A stretch of DNA of 64,000 nt, taken from the NCBI GenBank assembly GCA_032718475.1, contig JAUCBJ010006218.1, positions 126,836-190,835 of the forward strand. The letters are read 5' to 3'. The DNA is from Nemertoderma westbladi (Eukaryota > Animalia > Xenacoelomorpha). How positions within the stretch are numbered: the stretch's first letter is position 1; each line of letters starts with the position of its first letter. A program made the translations under genes and the position numbers. Shown here one piece after another: positions 46,139 through 62,000 of the stretch. The notes beneath the pieces are model-generated. The model worked only from the letters and a program-made list of their open reading frames with translations, had not been told where the DNA came from and searched no databases.

Positions 46139-46926
46139 GTGAGTTAGAGAATGTAGTGAGACCAAAAAAATACAGAAACATTATTTCCAGAATGGCCTTG
46201 ATATCGATAAATATAATATATTTTATTTTTATTTTCAAGACGGCGAGAAATATGCCGTGATATAAAGTAAACTCAATGATGGCTAAGGGGTGGAATATGT
46301 CGCGGCGTGAAATATAGTAACAGTATACTTTCAGTATGATTGTACAGTATTCTACGGTCATGCTGAGATAGGCCTAACGCCTGCCTACACCCTGTAGGCC
46401 TGTCTGTATACGCACGCACATAATAATGTGAATTTATAATTTACCAATTTGAGAGTAGGCTGCAGAGATCGCAGGCTACATGGTTACTAGTACCGTACCG
46501 GTACCGGTATACAGTACGATTTCTATTAATAAAACTTTGAAATTTGAAATAAAGCGACGTATTTGATTTACATAAAGTACCTGTATTTCATTTTCAGGCT
46601 CTCGTTCACGCTTATTTCACTCTCTCGCTACGCTCGTTCGTTGAAATATTCCCACACGACCCACCCCGCGTGAAATACAGTGCTACTTTATATAAATCGA
46701 ATATATAGTAAATTTATTTAATTAAACACATATGTATTAATATAACGTTGTTTTGGAAATATCCCTTAATTAAAACCAAATGTAAGCCATTTTATAATGA
46801 TAAAAGGTTTTTATTTATTTGTATTTTAACTCACATTTTTTACCTAGGCTGTAAATTGTAAAGTAGAATTATCGTATTGTTACCCCCCCGGATTGCTCGT
46901 CTAACTATATGAATTATATTTCTCAG

Positions 46927-47125
46927 TGTTTTCTAGTTGTGATTGCTATTATCGGGGTTATTGTCTACCGCATTACTCTCTCCAAGACTAATCTGATAAT
47001 AAGCGATCAAGGAGGGATGACTGAACTTATATTAGTTACGTTGATGAGTTCGGTTATAAACGCCTGTGCTATTGTACTACTTGGGTTTATATACGATATA
47101 ATGGCCAGAAAACTTACGGATTGGG
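46927..47125 (+). CDS. ANO: Anoctamin exon (TM3-TM4)
   Basis: TCTCAG | CFLVVIAIIGVIVYR...SSVINACAIVLLGFIYDIMARKLTDW(E) | GTGAG. Confidence 0.93.
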
Positions 47126-47163
47126 GTGAGTTATATTATAGTGGGCTGATCAGTGAGAATAAA

Positions 47164-47341
47164 GATCAGAACAATGTAAAGTACTTTAAAATATGAGGAT
47201 CAGAACAATGTAAAGTACTTTACAATATGGGGATCAGAACAATGTAAAGTACTTTACAATATGGGGATCAGAACAATGTAAAGTACTTTACAATACGAGG
47301 ATCAGAACAATGTAAAGTACTTTACAATACGAGGATCAGAG
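47164..47341. repeat. 34-bp tandem repeat (~5 copies) containing the palindrome TGTAAAGTACTTTACA
   Basis: Directly visible. Confidence 0.9.
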
Positions 47342-48017
47342 GATATTATGTATGTTGTGTGTATTTTGTTTTATTTTCAAATTTCATCATCAGTAAAGGA
47401 TTACGTATTTAGCAACTACCTTTTTGACTTTTTTTAACTGCAATTTTGATGTCAAATATAAATTGTATTATTTTGGGTGTAATTTCTAAATTGATATACT
47501 AGGTAGGTATTATTGGATCAAAGCATCAAATTTAAAAAAGCTTAGTTCTAATATTCCAATTTGTATTGACGAAGTCAGGAGTTGTTGCAAGTGTTAGAGT
47601 TTACTGCACCGGATAACAATGATTTGTTTGCGAGATTACCGTGACAAACGAAAAGCAATTAAGTCAGCATTGCCTTCCTTTATGTAGAATTTTTATTTAA
47701 TTTTAATTTCTCCTTGTTAAGTTTTTTATAGCGCTTATTCTATCTTATAACCTGTACAGATACTAATTATCGTTTATTGTTTTGGTTAGATTCAGCCCTT
47801 CTGTAACCTATTTTTTTTTTAGTAAAACCTTGTATTCTTCACATGGGGGCAAACTGAAAAGTGAATTATAACAGCATAAATTCTGGTATAAGTCACATGG
47901 GCCGGCAGCTCGGGCTCGGGACTCTAAATACTTTATAGTGATCCATGTATCCTCATATTCGTATAACATTCGTAAAATTAATATTTGCAATAAAAATCAT
48001 ATTTTATTGGATATTGA

Positions 48018-48350
48018 GTAACTTTATGAGACTGGTGTTAACTCTTTATGAGACTGGTGTTAACTCTTTATGAGACTGGTGTTAACTCTTTATGAGACTG
48101 GTGTTAACTCTTTATGAGACTGGTGTTAACTCTTTATGAGATGTAGAGTCCTTTCGTGATCTTGGTGTAACAATTGATAAAAACTTTAAATTTTCACAAC
48201 ATATAAATAATATTACATCTTCTGCGTATAGCTCATTGAATAAATTGTTTAGATGTTTTGTAACGTCTGATAATGAGACACTGCTCACGGCATACAAATC
48301 ATATACTAGACCAATTCTAGAATATAACAGCACTGTATGCAATCCATTGT
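48018..48350 (+). pseudogene. 22-bp tandem repeat (~5-6 copies) fused to a CR1-like RT C-terminal fragment
   Basis: TAACTCTTTATGAGACTGGTGT repeats, then FRDLGVTIDKNFKFSQHI...AYKSYTRPILEYNSTV. Confidence 0.8.
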
Positions 48351-48585
48351 AAAATACATATTTTATTTTTACTAATTGCTGAGTCGCTTCGACTTAAACA
48401 GTGTTTGTTTTTAACCAGTTTCATATTTTAAATAAATAACTAATGTGCGTGCATGTAGATGTCTCTGTATTAAATAAAACTATTATTATTATACAAAACG
48501 CCCACTGATAATATTATATCTCATCTATTATTAGAGACATCTACGGTAGTTATTATTTTATTTTACTTTATTTTACATAATTATT

Positions 48586-51500
48586 TATCGTACAGTAGGC
48601 CCCATATCGTACAGTAGGCTCCATATCGTACAGTAGGCTCCATATCGTACAGTAGGCCCCATATCGTACAGTAGGCTCCATATCGTACAGTAGGCCCCAT
48701 ATCGTACAGTAGGCTCCATATCGTACAGTAGGCCCCATATCGTACAGTAGGCCCCATATCGTACAGTAGGCTCCATATCGTACAGTAGGCCCCATATCGT
48801 ACAGTAGGCTCCATATCGTACAGTAGGCTCCATATCGTACAGTAGGCCCCATATCGTACAGTAGGCTCCATATCGTACAGTAGGCCCCATATCGTACAGT
48901 AGGCTCCATATCGTACAGTAGGCTCCATATCGTACAGTAGGCCCCATATCGTACAGTAGGCTCCATATCGTACAGTAGGCCCCATATCGTACAGTAGGCT
49001 CCATATCGTACAGTAGGCTCCATATCGTACAGTAGGCTCCATATCGTACAGTAGACTCCATATCGTACAGTAGGCCCCATATCGTACAGTAGGCTCCATA
49101 TCGTACAGTAGGCCCCATATCATACAGTAGGCTCCATATCGTACAGTAGGTTCCATATCGTACAGTAGGTTCCATATCGTACAGTAGGCTCCATATCGTA
49201 CAGTAGGCTCCATATCGTACAGTAGGCTCCATATCGTACAGTAGGCTCCATATCGTACAGTAGGCTCCTTATCGTACAGTAGGCTCCATATCGTACAGTA
49301 GGCCCCATATCGTACAGTAGGCTCCATATCGTACAGTAGGCCCCATATCGTACAGTAGGCTCCATATCGTACAGTAGGCTCCATATCGTACAGTAGACTC
49401 CATATCGTACAGTAGGCTCCATATCGTACAGTAGGCTCCATATCGTACAGTAGGTTCCATATCGTACAGTAGGCCCCATATCGTACAGTAGGCCCCATAT
49501 CGTACAGTAGGCCCCATATCGTACAGTAGGCCCCATATCGTACAGTAGGCCCCATATCGTACAGTAGGCCCCATATCGTACAGTAGGCCCCATATCGTAC
49601 AGTAGGCTCCATATCGTACAGTAGGCTCCATATCGTACAGTAGGTTCCATATCGTACAGTAGGTTCCATATCGTACAGTAGGCTCCATATCGTACAGTAG
49701 GTTCCATATCGTACAGTAGTCCCCATATCGTACAGTAGGCCCCATATCGTACAGTAGGTTCCATATCGTACAGTAGGCCCCATATCGTACAGTAGGCTCC
49801 ATATCGTACAGTAGGCTCCATATCGTACAGTAGGCTCCATATCGTACAGTAGGCCCCATATCGTACAGTAGGCTCCATATCGTACAGTAGGTTCCATATC
49901 GTACAGTAGGCCCCATATCGTACAGTAGGCTCCATATCGTACAGTAGGCCCCATATCGTACAGTAGGTTCCATATCGTACAGTAGGCCCCATGTCGTACA
50001 GTAGGCTCCATATCGTACAGTAGGCTCCATATCGTACAGTAGGCTCCATATCGTACAGTAGGCTCCATATCGTACAGTAGGCTCCATATCGTACAGTAGG
50101 CCCCATATCGTACAGTAGGCCCCATATCGTACAGTAGGCTCCATATCGTACAGTAGACTCCATATCGTACAGTAGGCTCCATATCGTACAGTAGGCTCCA
50201 TATCGTACAGTAGGTTCCATATCGTACAGTAGGCCCCATATCGTACAGTAGGCTCCATATCGTACAGTAGGTTCCATATCGTACAGTAGGCTCCATATCG
50301 TACAGTAGGTTCCATATCGTACAGTAGGCTCCATATCGTACAGTAGGTTCCATATCGTACAGTAGTCCCCATATCGTACAGTAGGCCCCATATCGTACAG
50401 TAGGTTCCATATCGTACAGTAGGCCCCATATCGTACAGTAGGCTCCATATCGTACAGTAGGCTCCATATCGTACAGTAGGCTCCATATCGTACAGTAGGC
50501 TCCATATCGTACAGTAGGCTCCATATCGTACAGTAGGCCCCATATCGTACAGTAGGCCCCATATCGTACAGTAGGCTCCATATCGTACAGTAGGCCCCAT
50601 ATCGTACAGTAGGCTCCATATCGTACAGTAGGTTCCATATCGTACAGTAGGCCCCATATCGTACAGTAGGCTCCATATCGTACAGTAGGCCCCATATCGT
50701 ACAGTAGGTTCCATATCGTACAGTAGGCCCCATATCGTACAGTAGGCTCCATATCGTACAGTAGGCTCCATATCGTACAGTAGGCTCCATATCGTACAGT
50801 AGGCTCCATATCGTACAGTAGGCTCCATATCGTACAGTAGGCTCCATATCGTACAGTAGGCCCCATATCGTACAGTAGGCTCCATATCGTACAGTAGGCT
50901 CCATATCGTACAGTAGGCTCCATATCGTACAGTAGGCCCCATATCGTACAGTAGGCTCCATATCGTACAGTAGGTTCCATATCGTACAGTAGGCCCCATA
51001 TCGTACAGTAGGCTCCATATCGTACAGTAGGCCCCATATCGTACAGTAGGTTCCATATCGTACAGTAGGCCCCATGTCGTACAGTAGGCTCCATATCGTA
51101 CAGTAGGCTCCATATCGTACAGTAGGCTCCATATCGTACAGTAGGCTCCATATCGTACAGTAGGCTCCATATCGTACAGTAGGCCCCATATCGTACAGTA
51201 GGCCCCATATCGTACAGTAGGCTCCATATCGTACAGTAGACTCCATATCGTACAGTAGGCTCCATATCGTACAGTAGGCTCCATATCGTACAGTAGGTTC
51301 CATATCGTACAGTAGGCCCCATATCGTACAGTAGGCCCCATATCGTACAGTAGGCCCCATATCGTACAGTAGGCCCCATATCGTACAGTAGGCCCCATAT
51401 CGTACAGTAGGCCCCATATCGTACAGTAGGCCCCATATCGTACAGTAGGCCCCATATCGTACAGTAGGCTCCATATCGTACAGTAGGCCCCATATCGTAC

Positions 51501-52618
51501 AGTAGGCTCCATATCGTACAGTAGGCTCCATATCGTACAGTAGGCTCCATATCGTACAGTAGGCTCCATATCGTACAGTAGGCTCCTTATCGTACAGTAG
51601 GCTCCATATCGTACAGTAGGCCCCATATCGTACAGTAGGCTCCATATCGTACAGTAGGCCCCATATCGTACAGTAGGCTCCATATCGTACAGTAGGCTCC
51701 ATATCGTACAGTAGACTCCATATCGTACAGTAGGCTCCATATCGTACAGTAGGCTCCATATCGTACAGTAGGTTCCATATCGTACAGTAGGCCCCATATC
51801 GTACAGTAGGCCCCATATCGTACAGTAGGCCCCATATCGTACAGTAGGCCCCATATCGTACAGTAGGCCCCATATCGTACAGTAGGCCCCATATCGTACA
51901 GTAGGCCCCATATCGTACAGTAGGCCCCATATCGTACGGTAGGCTCCATATCGTACAGTAGGTTCCATATCGTACAGTAGGCCCCATATCGTACAGTAGG
52001 CTCCATATCGTACAGTAGGCCCCATATCGTACAGTAGGTTCCATATCGTACAGTAGGCCCCATATCGTACAGTAGGCTCCATATCGTACAGTAGGCTCCA
52101 TATCGTACAGTAGGCTCCATATCGTACAGTAGGCTCCATATCGTACAGTAGGCTCCATATCGTACAGTAGGCCCCATATCGTACAGTAGGCCCCATATCG
52201 TACAGTAGGCTCCATATCGTACAGTAGGCCCCATATCGTACAGTAGGCTCCATATCGTACAGTAGGTTCCATATCGTACAGTAGGCCCCATATCGTACAG
52301 TAGGCTCCATATCGTACAGTAGGCTCCATATCGTACAGTAGGCTCCATATCGTACAGTAGGCTCCATATCGTACAGTAGGCTCCATATCGTACAGTAGGC
52401 TCCATATCGTACAGTAGGCCCCATATCGTACAGTAGGCCCCATATCGTACAGTAGGCTCCATATCGTACAGTAGGCCCCATATCGTACAGTAGGCTCCAT
52501 ATCGTACAGTAGGTTCCATATCGTACAGTAGGCTCCATATCGTACAGTAGGTTCCATATCGTACAGTAGTCCGCATATCGTACAGTAGGCCCCATATCGT
52601 ACAGTAGGCCCCATATCA
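48586..52618. repeat. 19-bp tandem array (~210 copies)
   Basis: CCATATCGTACAGTAGG(CT/CC/TT); source of the MEPTVRYGAYCTIW pseudo-ORFs. Confidence 0.98.
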
Positions 52619-52641
52619 TAACATATATTTTATATTTATAG

Positions 52642-52757
52642 AAAATCACCAAACCCAAACTCAATACGACGACGCCCTTCTCATTAAACTATTCGCTTTC
52701 ACTTTCGTCAACGTTTACAGCTCTCTGTTCTATATCGCATTCTTCAGAAACGAAGAT
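52642..52757 (+). CDS. ANO: Anoctamin exon (TM5)
   Basis: TTTATAG | (E)NHQTQTQYDDALLIKLFAFTFVNVYSSLFYIAFFRNED | GTTAGT; hallmark K.F.F.FVN.Y.SLFYIAF motif. Confidence 0.95.
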
Positions 52758-53039
52758 GTTAGTTGTCTTAATTTAATTTGCTTTTTATTTTCCCTCCCAT
52801 TTGGTTATCAAACATATTTATGATATAATTAATTTATTTTTATATTTTGTTTGGTAACCCTAAATTATATTTGTTTAACAATAAAAAAAACAATAATAAT
52901 TTTATATTAACACGTTTTAAACAAACCTGGAGATATTTTAATTTTTTTAATAATTTTATAATAAAACCTCCGCCATTCTGAATATCACACGCTGCTCTGT
53001 CTATTCTTATGGCAACCATTTGAAACTTTTGTCGTCCAC

Positions 53040-56000
53040 TAACATCGTGCTACTTTACTTACCTCGGTACCCAATAACATCGTGCTACTTTACTTACCTC
53101 AGTAACATCGTGCTACTTTACTTACCTCGGTACCATCGTGCTACTTTACTTACCTCGGTACCATCGTGCTACTTTACTTACCTCGGTACCATCGTGCTAC
53201 TTTACTTACCTCGGTAACATCGTGCTACTTTACTTACCTCGGTAACATCGTGCTACTTTACTTACCTCGGTAACATCGTGCTACTTTACTTACCTCGGTA
53301 ACATCGTGCTACTTTACTTACCTCGGTACCATCGTGCTACTTTACTTACCTCGGTAACATCGTGCTACTTTACTTACCTCGGTAACATCGTGCTACTTTA
53401 CTTACCTCGGTAACATCGTGCTACTTTACTTACCTCAGTAACATCGTGCTACTTTACTTACCTCGGTACCATTGTGCTACTTTACTTACCTCGGTACCAT
53501 CGTGCTACTTTACTTACCTCGGTACCATCGTGCTACTTTACTTACCTCGGTAACATCGTGCTACTTTACTTACCTCGGTAACATCGTGCTACTTTACTTA
53601 CCTCGGTAACATCGTGCTACTTTACTTACCTCGGTACCATCGTGCTACTTTACTTACCTCGGTAACATCGTGCTACTTTACTTACCTCGGTACCATCGTG
53701 CTACTTTACTTACCTCGGTAACATCGTGCTACTTTACTTACCTCGGTAACATCGTACTACTTTACTTACCTCGGTACCCAATAACATCGTGCTACTTTAC
53801 TTACCTTGGTACCATTGTGCTACTTTACTTACCTCGGTACCATCGTGCTACTTTACTTACCTCGGTACCATCGTGCTACTTTACTTACCTCGGTACCATC
53901 GTGCTACTTTACTTACCTCGGTACCATCGTGCTACTTTACTTACCTCGGTACCCAATAACATCGTGCTACTTTACTTACCTCAGTAACATCGTGCTACTT
54001 TACTTACCTCAGTAACATCGTGCTACTTTACTTACCTCGGTACCATCGTGCTACTTTACTTACCTCGGTACCATCGTGCTACTTTACTTACCTCGGTAAC
54101 ATCGTGCTACTTTACTTACCTCGGTACCATCGTGCTACTTTACTTACCTCGGTACCATCGTGCTACTTTACTTACCTCGGTACCATTGTGCTACTTTACT
54201 TACCTCGGTACCATCGTGCTACTTTACTTACCTCGGTAACATCGTGCTACTTTACTTACCTCGGTACCCAATAACATCGTGCTACTTTACTTACCTCAGT
54301 AACATCGTGCTACTTTACTTACCTCGGTAACATCGTGCTACTTTACTTACCTCGGTAACATCGTGCTACTTTACTTACCTTGGTACCATTGTGCTACTTT
54401 ACTTACCTCGGTACCATTGTGCTACTTTACTTACCTCGGTACCATCGTGCTACTTTACTTACCTCGGTACCATCGTGCTACTTTACTTACCTCGGTACCA
54501 TCGTGCTACTTTACTTACCTCGGTACCATCGTGCTACTTTACTTACCTCGGTACCATCGTGCTACTTTACTTACCTCGGTACCATCGTGCTACTTTACTT
54601 ACCTCGGTAACATCGTGCTACTTTACTTACCTCGGTACCCAATAACATCGTGCTACTTTACTTACCTCGGTAACATCGTGCTACTTTACTTACCTCGGTA
54701 ACATCGTGCTACTTTACTTACCTCGGTACCATCGTGCTACTTTACTTACCTCGGTAACATCGTGCTACTTTACTTACCTCGGTACCATCGTGCTACTTTA
54801 CTTACCTCGGTACCATCGTGCTACTTTACTTACCTCGGTAACATCGTGCTACTTTACTTACCTCGGTACCCAATAACATCGTGCTACTTTACTTACCTCA
54901 GTAACATCGTGCTACTTTACTTACCTCGGTAACATCGTGCTACTTTACTTACCTCGGTAACATCGTGCTACTTTACTTACCTCGGTACCATCGTGCTACT
55001 TTACTTACCTCGGTACCATCGTGCTACTTTACTTACCTCGGTAACATCGTGCTACTTTACTTACCTCGGTACCCAATACATCGTGCTACTTTACTTACCT
55101 CGGTACCATCGTGCTACTTTACTTACCTCGGTACCATCGTGCTACTTTACTTACCTCGGTAACATCGTGCTACTTTACTTACCTCGGTACCCAATACATC
55201 GTGCTACTTTACTTACCTCGGTAACATCGTGCTACTTTACTTACCTCGGTAACATCGTGCTACTTTACTTACCTCGGTAACATCGTGCTACTTTACTTAC
55301 CTCGGTAACATCGTGCTACTTTACTTACCTCGGTAACATCGTGCTACTTTACTTACCTCGGTACCATCGTGCTACTTTACTTACCTCGGTAACATCGTGC
55401 TACTTTACTTACCTCGGTAACATCGTGCTACTTTACTTACCTCGGTAACATCGTGCTACTTTACTTACCTCGGTAACATCGTGCTACTTTACTTACCTCG
55501 GTAACATCGTGCTACTTTACTTACCTCGGTAACATCGTGCTACTTTACTTACCTCGGTAACATCGTGCTACTTTACTTACCTCGGTAACATCGTGCTACT
55601 TTACTTACCTCGGTACCATCGTGCTACTTTACTTACCTCGGTACCATCGTGCTACTTTACTTACCTCGGTACCATCGTGCTACTTTACTTACCTCGGTAA
55701 CATCGTGCTACTTTACTTACCTCGGTAACATCGTGCTACTTTACTTACCTCGGTAACATCGTGCTACTTTACTTACCTCGGTACCATCGTGCTACTTTAC
55801 TTACCTCGGTAACATCGTGCTACTTTACTTACCTCGGTACCATCGTGCTACTTTACTTACCTCGGTACACATCGTGCTACTTTACTTACCTCGGTAACAT
55901 CGTGCTACTTTACTTACCTCGGTACCATCGTGCTACTTTACTTACCTCGGTACCATCGTGCTACTTTACTTACCTCGGTACCATCGTGCTACTTTACTTA

Positions 56001-59000
56001 CCTCGGTACCATCGTGCTACTTTACTTACCTCGGTAACATCGTGCTACTTTACTTACCTCGGTACCATCGTGCTACTTTACTTACCTCGGTACCATCGTG
56101 CTACTTTACTTACCTCGGTAACATCGTGCTACTTTACTTACCTCGGTAACATCGTGCTACTTTACTTACCTCGGTACCATCGTGCTACTTTACTTACCTC
56201 GGTACCATCGTGCTACTTTACTTACCTCGGTACCATCGTGCTACTTTACTTACCTCGGTAACATCGTGCTACTTTACTTACCTCGGTAACATCGTGCTAC
56301 TTTACTTACCTCGGTACCATCGTGCTACTTTACTTACCTCGGTACCATCGTGCTACTTTACTTACCTCGGTACCATCGTGCTACTTTACTTACCTCGGTA
56401 CCATCGTGCTACTTTACTTACCTCGGTACCATCGTGCTACTTTACTTACCTCGGTAACATCGTGCTACTTTACTTACCTCGGTAACATCGTGCTACTTTA
56501 CTTACCTCGGTACCATCGTGCTACTTTACTTACCTCGGTACCATCGTGCTACTTTACTTACCTCGGTACCATCGTGCTACTTTACTTACCTCGGTAACAT
56601 CGTGCTACTTTACTTACCTCGGTACCATCGTGCTACTTTACTTACCTCGGTACCATCGTGCTACTTTACTTACCTCGGTAACATCGTGCTACTTTACTTA
56701 CCTCGGTACCATCGTGCTACTTTACTTACCTCGGTACCATCGTGCTACTTTACTTACCTCGGTAACATCGTGCTACTTTACTTACCTCGGTACCATCGTG
56801 CTACTTTACTTACCTCGGTACCATCGTGCTACTTTACTTACCTCGGTAACATCGTGCTACTTTACTTACCTCGGTACACATCGTGCTACTTTACTTACCT
56901 CGGTACCATCGTGCTACTTTACTTACCTCGGTAACATCGTGCTACTTTACTTACCTCGGTAACATCGTGCTACTTTACTTACCTCGGTACCATCGTGCTA
57001 CTTTACTTACCTCGGTAACATCGTGCTACTTTACTTACCTCGGTAACATCGTGCTACTTTACTTACCTCGGTAACATCGTGCTACTTTACTTACCTCGGT
57101 AACATCGTGCTACTTTACTTACCTCGGTACCATCGTGCTACTTTACTTACCTCGGTACCATCGTGCTACTTTACTTACCTCGGTAACATCGTGCTACTTT
57201 ACTTACCTCGGTAACATCGTGCTACTTTACTTACCTCGGTAACATCGTGCTACTTTACTTACCTCGGTAACATCGTGCTACTTTACTTACCTCGGTACCA
57301 TCGTGCTACTTTACTTACCTCGGTAACATCGTGCTACTTTACTTACCTCGGTACCATCGTGCTACTTTACTTACCTCGGTACCATCGTGCTACTTTACTT
57401 ACCTCGGTAACATCGTGCTACTTTACTTACCTCGGTACACATCGTGCTACTTTACTTACCTCGGTAACATCGTGCTACTTTACTTACCTCGGTACCATCG
57501 TGCTACTTTACTTACCTCGGTAACATCGTGCTACTTTACTTACCTCGGTAACATCGTGCTACTTTACTTACCTCGGTACCATCGTGCTACTTTACTTACC
57601 TCGGTACCATCGTGCTACTTTACTTACCTCGGTAACATCGTGCTACTTTACTTACCTCGGTAACATCGTGCTACTTTACTTACCTCGGTACACATCGTGC
57701 TACTTTACTTACCTCGGTAACATCGTGCTACTTTACTTACCTCGGTACACATCGTGCTACTTTACTTACCTCGGTACCATCGTGCTACTTTACTTACCTC
57801 GGTACCATCGTGCTACTTTACTTACCTCGGTACCATCGTGCTACTTTACTTACCTCGGTACCATCGTGCTACTTTACTTACCTCGGTACCATCGTGCTAC
57901 TTTACTTACCTCGGTACCATCGTGCTACTTTACTTACCTCGGTAACATCGTGCTACTTTACTTACCTCGGTAACATCGTGCTACTTTACTTACCTCGGTA
58001 CCATCGTGCTACTTTACTTACCTCGGTAACATCGTGCTACTTTACTTACCTCGGTAACATCGTGCTACTTTACTTACCTCGGTACCATCGTGCTACTTTA
58101 CTTACCTCGGTACCATCGTGCTACTTTACTTACCTCGGTACCATCGTGCTACTTTACTTACCTCGGTACCATCGTGCTACTTTACTTACCTCGGTAACAT
58201 CGTGCTACTTTACTTACCTCGGTACCATCGTGCTACTTTACTTACCTCGGTAACATCGTGCTACTTTACTTACCTCGGTAACATCGTGCTACTTTACTTA
58301 CCTCGGTACCATCGTGCTACTTTACTTACCTCGGTACCATCGTGCTACTTTACTTACCTCGGTAACATCGTGCTACTTTACTTACCTCGGTACCATCGTG
58401 CTACTTTACTTACCTCGGTAACATCGTGCTACTTTACTTACCTCGGTAACATCGTGCTACTTTACTTACCTCGGTACCATCGTGCTACTTTACTTACCTC
58501 GGTAACATCGTGCTACTTTACTTACCTCGGTACCATCGTGCTACTTTACTTACCTCGGTACCATCGTGCTACTTTACTTACCTCGGTAACATCGTGCTAC
58601 TTTACTTACCTCGGTAACATCGTGCTACTTTACTTACCTCGGTAACATCGTGCTACTTTACTTACCTCGGTAACATCGTGCTACTTTACTTACCTCGGTA
58701 CCATCGTGCTACTTTACTTACCTCGGTAACATCGTGCTACTTTACTTACCTCGGTACCATCGTGCTACTTTACTTACCTCGGTACCATCGTGCTACTTTA
58801 CTTACCTCGGTAACATCGTGCTACTTTACTTACCTCGGTACCATCGTGCTACTTTACTTACCTCGGTACCATCGTGCTACTTTACTTACCTCGGTACCAT
58901 CGTGCTACTTTACTTACCTCGGTACCATCGTGCTACTTTACTTACCTCGGTAACATCGTGCTACTTTACTTACCTCGGTACCATCGTGCTACTTTACTTA

Positions 59001-62000
59001 CCTCGGTACCATCGTGCTACTTTACTTACCTCGGTAACATCGTGCTACTTTACTTACCTCGGTACCATCGTGCTACTTTACTTACCTCGGTAACATCGTG
59101 CTACTTTACTTACCTCGGTAACATCGTGCTACTTTACTTACCTCGGTACCATCGTGCTACTTTACTTACCTCGGTAACATCGTGCTACTTTACTTACCTC
59201 GGTAACATCGTGCTACTTTACTTACCTCGGTAACATCGTGCTACTTTACTTACCTCGGTACCATCGTGCTACTTTACTTACCTCGGTAACATCGTGCTAC
59301 TTTACTTACCTCGGTAACATCGTGCTACTTTACTTACCTCGGTAACATCGTGCTACTTTACTTACCTCGGTAACATCGTGCTACTTTACTTACCTCGGTA
59401 ACATCGTGCTACTTTACTTACCTCGGTAACATCGTGCTACTTTACTTACCTCGGTAACATCGTGCTACTTTACTTACCTCGGTAACATCGTGCTACTTTA
59501 CTTACCTCGGTAACATCGTGCTACTTTACTTACCTCGGTACCATCGTGCTACTTTACTTACCTCGGTAACATCGTGCTACTTTACTTACCTCGGTAACAT
59601 CGTGCTACTTTACTTACCTCGGTAACATCGTGCTACTTTACTTACCTCGGTAACATCGTGCTACTTTACTTACCTCGGTAACATCGTGCTACTTTACTTA
59701 CCTCGGTAACATCGTGCTACTTTACTTACCTCGGTAACATCGTGCTACTTTACTTACCTCGGTACCATCGTGCTACTTTACTTACCTCGGTAACATCGTG
59801 CTACTTTACTTACCTCGGTAACATCGTGCTACTTTACTTACCTCGGTACCATCGTGCTACTTTACTTACCTCGGTACCATCGTGCTACTTTACTTACCTC
59901 GGTAACATCGTGCTACTTTACTTACCTCGGTACCATCGTGCTACTTTACTTACCTCGGTAACATCGTGCTACTTTACTTACCTCGGTACCATCGTGCTAC
60001 TTTACTTACCTCGGTAACATCGTGCTACTTTACTTACCTCGGTACCATCGTGCTACTTTACTTACCTCGGTACCATCGTGCTACTTTACTTACCTCGGTA
60101 CCATCGTGCTACTTTACTTACCTCGGTACCATCGTGCTACTTTACTTACCTCGGTAACATCGTGCTACTTTACTTACCTCGGTACCATCGTGCTACTTTA
60201 CTTACCTCGGTACCATCGTGCTACTTTACTTACCTCGGTACCATCGTGCTACTTTACTTACCTCGGTACCATCGTGCTACTTTACTTACCTCGGTACCAT
60301 CGTGCTACTTTACTTACCTCGGTACCATCGTGCTACTTTACTTACCTCGGTACCATCGTGCTACTTTACTTACCTCGGTACCATCGTGCTACTTTACTTA
60401 CCTCGGTACCATCGTGCTACTTTACTTACCTCGGTACCATCGTGCTACTTTACTTACCTCGGTACCATCGTGCTACTTTACTTACCTCGGTACCATCGTG
60501 CTACTTTACTTACCTCGGTACCATCGTGCTACTTTACTTACCTCGGTACCATCGTGCTACTTTACTTACCTCGGTACCATCGTGCTACTTTACTTACCTC
60601 GGTACCATCGTGCTACTTTACTTACCTCGGTACCATCGTGCTACTTTACTTACCTCGGTACCATCGTGCTACTTTACTTACCTCGGTACCATCGTGCTAC
60701 TTTACTTACCTCGGTACCATCGTGCTACTTTACTTACCTCGGTACCATCGTGCTACTTTACTTACCTCGGTACCATCGTGCTACTTTACTTACCTCGGTA
60801 CCATCGTGCTACTTTACTTACCTCGGTACCATCGTGCTACTTTACTTACCTCGGTACACATCGTGCTACTTTACTTACCTCGGTACCATCGTGCTACTTT
60901 ACTTACCTCGGTACCATCGTGCTACTTTACTTACCTCGGTACCATCGTGCTACTTTACTTACCTCGGTACCATCGTGCTACTTTACTTACCTCGGTACCA
61001 TCGTGCTACTTTACTTACCTCGGTACCATCGTGCTACTTTACTTACCTCGGTACCATCGTGCTACTTTACTTACCTCGGTACCATCGTGCTACTTTACTT
61101 ACCTCGGTACCATCGTGCTACTTTACTTACCTCGGTACCATCGTGCTACTTTACTTACCTCGGTACCATCGTGCTACTTTACTTACCTCGGTACCATCGT
61201 GCTACTTTACTTACCTCGGTACCATCGTGCTACTTTACTTACCTCGGTACCATCGTGCTACTTTACTTACCTCGGTACCATCGTGCTACTTTACTTACCT
61301 CGGTACCATCGTGCTACTTTACTTACCTCGGTACCATCGTGCTACTTTACTTACCTCGGTACCATCGTGCTACTTTACTTACCTCGGTACCATCGTGCTA
61401 CTTTACTTACCTCGGTACCATCGTGCTACTTTACTTACCTCGGTACCATCGTGCTACTTTACTTACCTCGGTACCATCGTGCTACTTTACTTACCTCGGT
61501 ACCATCGTGCTACTTTACTTACCTCGGTACCATCGTGCTACTTTACTTACCTCGGTACCATCGTGCTACTTTACTTACCTCGGTACCATCGTGCTACTTT
61601 ACTTACCTCGGTACCATCGTGCTACTTTACTTACCTCGGTACCATCGTGCTACTTTACTTACCTCGGTACCATCGTGCTACTTTACTTACCTCGGTACCA
61701 TCGTGCTACTTTACTTACCTCGGTACCATCGTGCTACTTTACTTACCTCGGTACCATCGTGCTACTTTACTTACCTCGGTACCATCGTGCTACTTTACTT
61801 ACCTCGGTACCATCGTGCTACTTTACTTACCTCGGTACCATCGTGCTACTTTACTTACCTCGGTACCATCGTGCTACTTTACTTACCTCGGTACCATCGT
61901 GCTACTTTACTTACCTCGGTACCATCGTGCTACTTTACTTACCTCGGTACCATCGTGCTACTTTACTTACCTCGGTACCATCGTGCTACTTTACTTACCT

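Noticed and set aside
46255-46700. Possible non-autonomous DNA transposon (ATAAAGTA...TACTTTAT, CTCGCTACGCTCG motif)
   Set aside because: Inverted repeats too short and ends not definable by eye.
48568-52664. ORFs of up to 1164 aa (MEPTVRYGAYCTIW...)
   Set aside because: Translations of a 19-bp satellite, open in all three minus frames and located in an intron.
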